Positions 5,813 through 9,130 of a stretch of 9,130 bases of DNA are shown here, piece by piece. The DNA is taken from the IMG/VR virus record IMGVR_UViG_3300005859_000049, positions 1 to 9,130 of that record, one strand, 5' to 3'. The stretch's first letter is position 1. The number at the start of each line of letters is the position of its first letter. The translations under genes and the position numbers were made by a program. The notes under the pieces were generated by a model. That model saw nothing but the letters and a program-made list of their open reading frames with translations. It was not told the origin of the DNA and did no database searches.

Positions 5813-7129
5813 ATGTCTCAAATTGAAAATAAGCCTTCTTTTCTCCAAAAAGAGATAGCACATTCTTTTTATTATAATCCCCGTGACACAGAGCGAATTT
5901 TGAATATTATCATCGGAGAAAAGCAAATTGAAGAAAAGAAAAGAATTGAGATTTTTAAAGCTTACAAACGCGGAATTGATAATCAATATTTTCAATCGTA
6001 TCTGCTATTTAATGATGAAGTAAAATTTATCTCAAAGATCACTAACTTTAAAGTAAAAGATAACCAAGTACTTGCAAGATTCCAAAACGGCTTTGTTGCA
6101 GAGTTTGACCCTCACCTTATCGCTGATAACCCAGAGGACTTTTATAACTTGATATCTTCTTACATGCTTGTAAAAATTAGAAGAGGATCGGATAGTTGGT
6201 ACATTTACGACATTTATAGTATTGAACCGCCAAACAACTATGAAATTGCAAAAGAATTATTTGAAGAAGCTGATGCAGAACATCAATTATATGCCTTATT
6301 ACTGCAAGCATTCGGATATGACCCAACAAAAATGGACGTAAATGACATTTTCCTATTTCTTCCGAGATTATTCCCACTCTTCAAATCTCCAATTACAAAG
6401 AGACAAATTAACTATATTGAAATTTCAAATAGAGGAACTGGAAAAACTACAACATTTATGATATTACAAGAAGTATTTAATTTCCGTTATTACACTGAGG
6501 CACCAACATACGCTAACTTAGTTTACGACGCAAGAAATAATATGTACGGAGCGGTGTTTTTGTCTAACGGATTGATTTTTGATGAAATTCAAACTTGGAA
6601 AGATAACCTTTCAAAAAATAATTTGAACGCTATAAATTCAACTCTATCAACTGGAATAGAAAATTGTATTTGGACTAGAGGCTCTGGGACGGAATCAAAA
6701 TCCGCAATTATTCAAAAATGCTTGCCGATTATTTACGCCGGAAACCCTTACAGTTACACAATTAACAGACTCTCAACTCCAGATGTAGAAGACTACTTAG
6801 CGAATTACGAGATTTTTACTCCGGCAATTTTAGATAGAATTCATATTATCCAAATTGCACTCAAAAAAACTTACGACCAAATTATAAATGCAAGAGTCCT
6901 ATATCCTTCAATTCTTAGAGCTTTAGTTGAACTAATTCAAGACAAAATTAACAAAACTACAAACTATATAAATTGCGAAAATTTGCAATCTAGGAGACAA
7001 GAACAATCAATTGATATTCAGATTTTACTGCAAGCTCTCGGAATAGATATTGGAATTGGGCAAAGACAAAATGATGAAATTTGTAAACAGATATCATTAT
7101 TAATGAGATATTTCAATTTATCAGAGTGA
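5813..7129 (+). CDS. P-loop AAA+-type ATPase, putative helicase (SIRV2 gp18/ORF436-like; BrxL/MCM-related ATPase domain)
   Basis: 438 aa with Walker A variant SNRGTGKTT, Walker B LIFDE, sensor-I-like YAGN and Arg-finger-like AILDR. It is syntenic between SSB and the Cas4-like nuclease. Confidence 0.88.
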   Translation: MSQIENKPSFLQKEIAHSFYYNPRDTERILNIIIGEKQIEEKKRIEIFKAYKRGIDNQYFQSYLLFNDEVKFISKITNFKVKDNQVLARFQNGFVAEFDPHLIADNPEDFYNLISSYMLVKIRRGSDSWYIYDIYSIEPPNNYEIAKELFEEADAEHQLYALLLQAFGYDPTKMDVNDIFLFLPRLFPLFKSPITKRQINYIEISNRGTGKTTTFMILQEVFNFRYYTEAPTYANLVYDARNNMYGAVFLSNGLIFDEIQTWKDNLSKNNLNAINSTLSTGIENCIWTRGSGTESKSAIIQKCLPIIYAGNPYSYTINRLSTPDVEDYLANYEIFTPAILDRIHIIQIALKKTYDQIINARVLYPSILRALVELIQDKINKTTNYINCENLQSRRQEQSIDIQILLQALGIDIGIGQRQNDEICKQISLLMRYFNLSE

Positions 7130-7749
7130 TATATATGGATTATGAAAAAATAATTAAGGAAAGTTTTAATGTAAAATATCCAGAAGATACAATTTTCCCG
7201 AGTGAAATCGGAATTTGTTTCAGAAGAAGTTACCTAAGCAGAAAAACAACATTCCAGAAGAAAATTAATGAATTTTACATGGATTTGGGAATACAATATC
7301 ATGAGCATATTGAAAGCTATCTAGTTGAGAAATTGAATTGTAAAAATGAAGTTGTAATTAATGATGAAATTGAAGGAATGAAAATCTCCGCAAGAATTGA
7401 CCTAATTTGCGGGAATGATTTGATTGAATTAAAAACTATAAGTCATGAAATTTTTCAAGTTAAAGAATACCACTTGTACCAAGTTGCAATTTACTACTAT
7501 CTCTTGAAGAAGCAAAATTACAAAATTGACAATGTATATATCATTTATCTGAATAGGACGACTAAAGAAGTCAAACAATTAAGAATTGATGATGTTCTCT
7601 TAGAAGTTTACGTTAAGAAAGCAATTGATTGGATAAAGAAAATGAAGGAATATTTAAGTCAGCCGGATTATAAAAAAGTACCAGGGCTAAATAACAAATT
7701 CTGCACTAATTGCGAATTTATAAACTACTGCTATGGCAAATTGTTCTAG
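7126..7749 (+). CDS. cas4: Cas4-like (RecB-family PD-(D/E)XK) nuclease with Fe-S cysteines (SIRV2 gp19/ORF207-like)
   Basis: [17 protein letters not shown]...IELKT, QVAIY and [10 protein letters not shown] give the 1+3 Cys arrangement. GTGA overlaps the ATPase stop; ATG 7135 is an alternative start. Confidence 0.92.
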   Translation: MIYMDYEKIIKESFNVKYPEDTIFPSEIGICFRRSYLSRKTTFQKKINEFYMDLGIQYHEHIESYLVEKLNCKNEVVINDEIEGMKISARIDLICGNDLIELKTISHEIFQVKEYHLYQVAIYYYLLKKQNYKIDNVYIIYLNRTTKEVKQLRIDDVLLEVYVKKAIDWIKKMKEYLSQPDYKKVPGLNNKFCTNCEFINYCYGKLF

Positions 7750-7776
7750 AAAAAACTTTTAATATCTAAATCTCTA
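7749..7776 (+). promoter_or_regulatory. BRE/TATA promoter with TCTAAATCTCTA element
   Basis: GAAAAAAC-TTTTAATA-TCTAAATCTCTA; the TATA ends about 23 nt upstream of GTG 7787. Confidence 0.6.
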
Positions 7777-7786
7777 AAATATAAGT

Positions 7787-8155
7787 GTGAGAAAAATGAA
7801 CTCACAAGAAACGGACAAATGGAAGGAAAACATAAGATACATAGTTAGACAAGTCACAAAAAAACAAATCAGTGAAGTACTAACAAGCCTATTTGAACTA
7901 GAAGATATGCCAGAAATAATTGCTTTAAATAGAGGGAAAACAAGTATAAAAGGATATATACTAATTAAGAAAAAAGTATTCGAATTTGCTATAATTTTCT
8001 TAAAGCAAGAAAACGAGCTAAAAATGGTAGTGGACTTATATTTTGGAAAACATGCATTAGTCAGAAATTCAACAATTATAATTGAAGAAAATGAAACAGA
8101 AATTGACATATACCTAAGCGAAAATAAACAATATTTGCTAAGTGTTTACTTCTAA
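7787..8155 (+). CDS. Hypothetical protein (122 aa; alternative start ATG 7796)
   Basis: Has its own promoter and a T7 tract at 8173-8179. Purine-rich coding strand and an alpha/beta-like residue pattern. Confidence 0.75.
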   Translation: MRKMNSQETDKWKENIRYIVRQVTKKQISEVLTSLFELEDMPEIIALNRGKTSIKGYILIKKKVFEFAIIFLKQENELKMVVDLYFGKHALVRNSTIIIEENETEIDIYLSENKQYLLSVYF

Positions 8156-8241
8156 ACTTCAAATCTAACACATTTTTTTATATCTAATTTTTCTTGATTT
8201 TCGGATAAAATTACATCTTGCTTATAAGAAAAAATATATAT

Positions 8242-8312
8242 GAAATTAGAAAACTAAGAATAACAGAACTGCAAAACTAGAGAGCTAAAGAAACTGGAAA
8301 CTAAGAAATTAG
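8242..8312 (+). repeat. Degenerate tandem array of about nine 8-nt units (RRAACTRR-like) between convergent genes
   Basis: GAAATTAG AAAACTAA GAATAAC AGAACTGC AAAACTAG AGAGCTAA AGAAACTG GAAACTAA GAAATTAG. Confidence 0.7.
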
Positions 8313-8315
8313 AAC

Positions 8316-8331
8316 AAAATAAAAAAAGAAA
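8316..8331 (-). terminator. Oligo-T terminator
   Basis: TTTCTTTTTTTATTTT on the minus strand, just after the stop at 8336. Confidence 0.55.
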
Positions 8332-8335
8332 TAGC

Positions 8336-8722
8336 TTAATATAAATCTAACGATCTCCATCCTTGCGGATAACTGAAGACATAAACTGTTTCATGTTCTT
8401 GCAACTCACCTTCGTAATCATCTGCAGTTTTACGTAATAGAATGACTGTTTTGGTTTTCGGAATAAAAGCATATAAGAATTCGTTTGTTGTCGGATAGCT
8501 ATAGACATGATTCATAACTACTCTTTCTACCTCTCCATGCAATACTTCAACTCTTGCATAATCTGTGAATGATTCACCTGGTCTATCCCATTCACTTAAC
8601 ATCAGTATTAACTTTGCTTCCTCTTTGCCCTCTCTCACTGCTTTAAGAATTAATTCTCTTCTCTGCTCAATTGTCAATTGACTCAAATCTAACAAATTTA
8701 TTTCTTCTTCCTTCTTACTCAT
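8336..8722 (-). CDS. Hypothetical acidic protein (128 aa), monocistronic; candidate early or anti-defence gene
   Basis: ATG 8722 (MSKKEEE...) is preceded by Shine-Dalgarno GGTGATAGGAG and BRE/TATA GAAAGA-TTTAAAAA. The track's ATG at 8758 abuts the TATA box. Confidence 0.82.
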   Translation of the reverse strand: MSKKEEEINLLDLSQLTIEQRRELILKAVREGKEEAKLILMLSEWDRPGESFTDYARVEVLHGEVERVVMNHVYSYPTTNEFLYAFIPKTKTVILLRKTADDYEGELQEHETVYVFSYPQGWRSLDLY

Positions 8723-8757
8723 TCTCCTATCACCGAAATAATCTATGTCAATTCTCA

Positions 8758-8771
8758 TTTTTAAATCTTTC
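8758..8771 (-). promoter_or_regulatory. Consensus-like BRE/TATA promoter
   Basis: Minus strand GAAAGA-TTTAAAAA, about 36 nt upstream of ATG 8722. Confidence 0.65.
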
Positions 8772-8841
8772 TCTTAACTTCTATCTCTCTAAATCTCTAT
8801 TTTTTTATGAGAAAAACAGAAAACAAAAACAGAAGAAAAAA

Positions 8842-9129
8842 TCAATTTTCCTTAATGAAACTTAACGAATAACCTTGTTTTAGTAAGCAATATAATTTAA
8901 AAATTGAATCTGTGGCATATTCCTCAATTTTCGGAGTTTCTGGCAACCTTTTCAAAATGCTAATTATATCATCTGGAGCATCATATTCTGCATAATATTT
9001 AACTTTAATTGAATGATTCTCAACTATATAAAATCGATAACAATATATTTTACGTTGTAATTCGTTAATATAGACAATTAAATTCGGGAATCCAGATATT
9101 CTTTCATGACTAGCTATATATTTCACTTT
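8842..9129 (-). CDS. Hypothetical protein (at least 94 aa), probably 5'-truncated by the window edge
   Basis: The frame stays open upstream of GTG 9126 (AAA codon) to the edge. A T-rich tract at 8811-8841 follows the stop on the minus strand. Confidence 0.7.
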   Translation of the reverse strand, partial: KVKYIASHERISGFPNLIVYINELQRKIYCYRFYIVENHSIKVKYYAEYDAPDDIISILKRLPETPKIEEYATDSIFKLYCLLKQGYSLSFIKEN

Positions 9130-9130
9130 G

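Noticed and set aside
5792-5995. 67-aa ORF on - strand
   Set aside because: Antisense to the ATPase gene.
6177-6377. 66-aa ORF on - strand
   Set aside because: Antisense to the ATPase gene.
5813-7129. BREX defence system or Lon protease
   Set aside because: Only an ATPase domain is present, with no protease domain or other brx genes, and the context is the viral replication cluster.
7774-8109. 111-aa ORF on - strand
   Set aside because: Mirror of the + strand gene, which has the promoter and terminator; its F/S/I-rich composition is typical of an antisense frame.
8242-8312. Possible CRISPR mini-array near the cas4-like gene
   Set aside because: Units are 8 nt with no repeat-spacer structure, and I saw no Sulfolobales-type repeat ending in ATTGAAAG in the window.
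8671-8865. 64-aa ORF on + strand
   Set aside because: TTG start; crosses a promoter, a terminator and two opposite-strand genes; low complexity.
8807-8872. 21-codon ORF MRKTENKNRRKNQF... after the TCTAAATCTCTA element
   Set aside because: It is the complement of a T-rich terminator and has no correctly spaced TATA box.

Overview
AT-rich, gene-dense segment that reads as part of a crenarchaeal (Sulfolobales) rod-shaped virus genome (Rudiviridae, SIRV-like). The right-centre holds the rudiviral replication/recombination core: HUH Rep (SIRV ORF119-like), ssDNA-binding protein (SIRV2 gp17-like), P-loop ATPase (gp18-like) and Cas4-like nuclease (gp19-like). There are two ribbon-helix-helix (RHH) regulators, one an SvtR homologue at 2955-3101 missed by the ORF track. 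The left end carries a three-gene minus-strand cluster: an unknown 128-aa gene, a stand-alone class II glutamine amidotransferase and a COOH-NH2 ligase (amidoligase) with intact catalytic motifs. This candidate amide/peptide-forming modification system is the most interesting element. Most genes have archaeal TATA promoters in two apparent classes (TATA+GTCA and TATA+TCTAWWTCTCTA). Several intergenic regions contain 7-8-nt periodic repeats, and one ORF-less region has inverted repeats. All family assignments come from motifs recognised by eye and recalled sequences; no database search was run.
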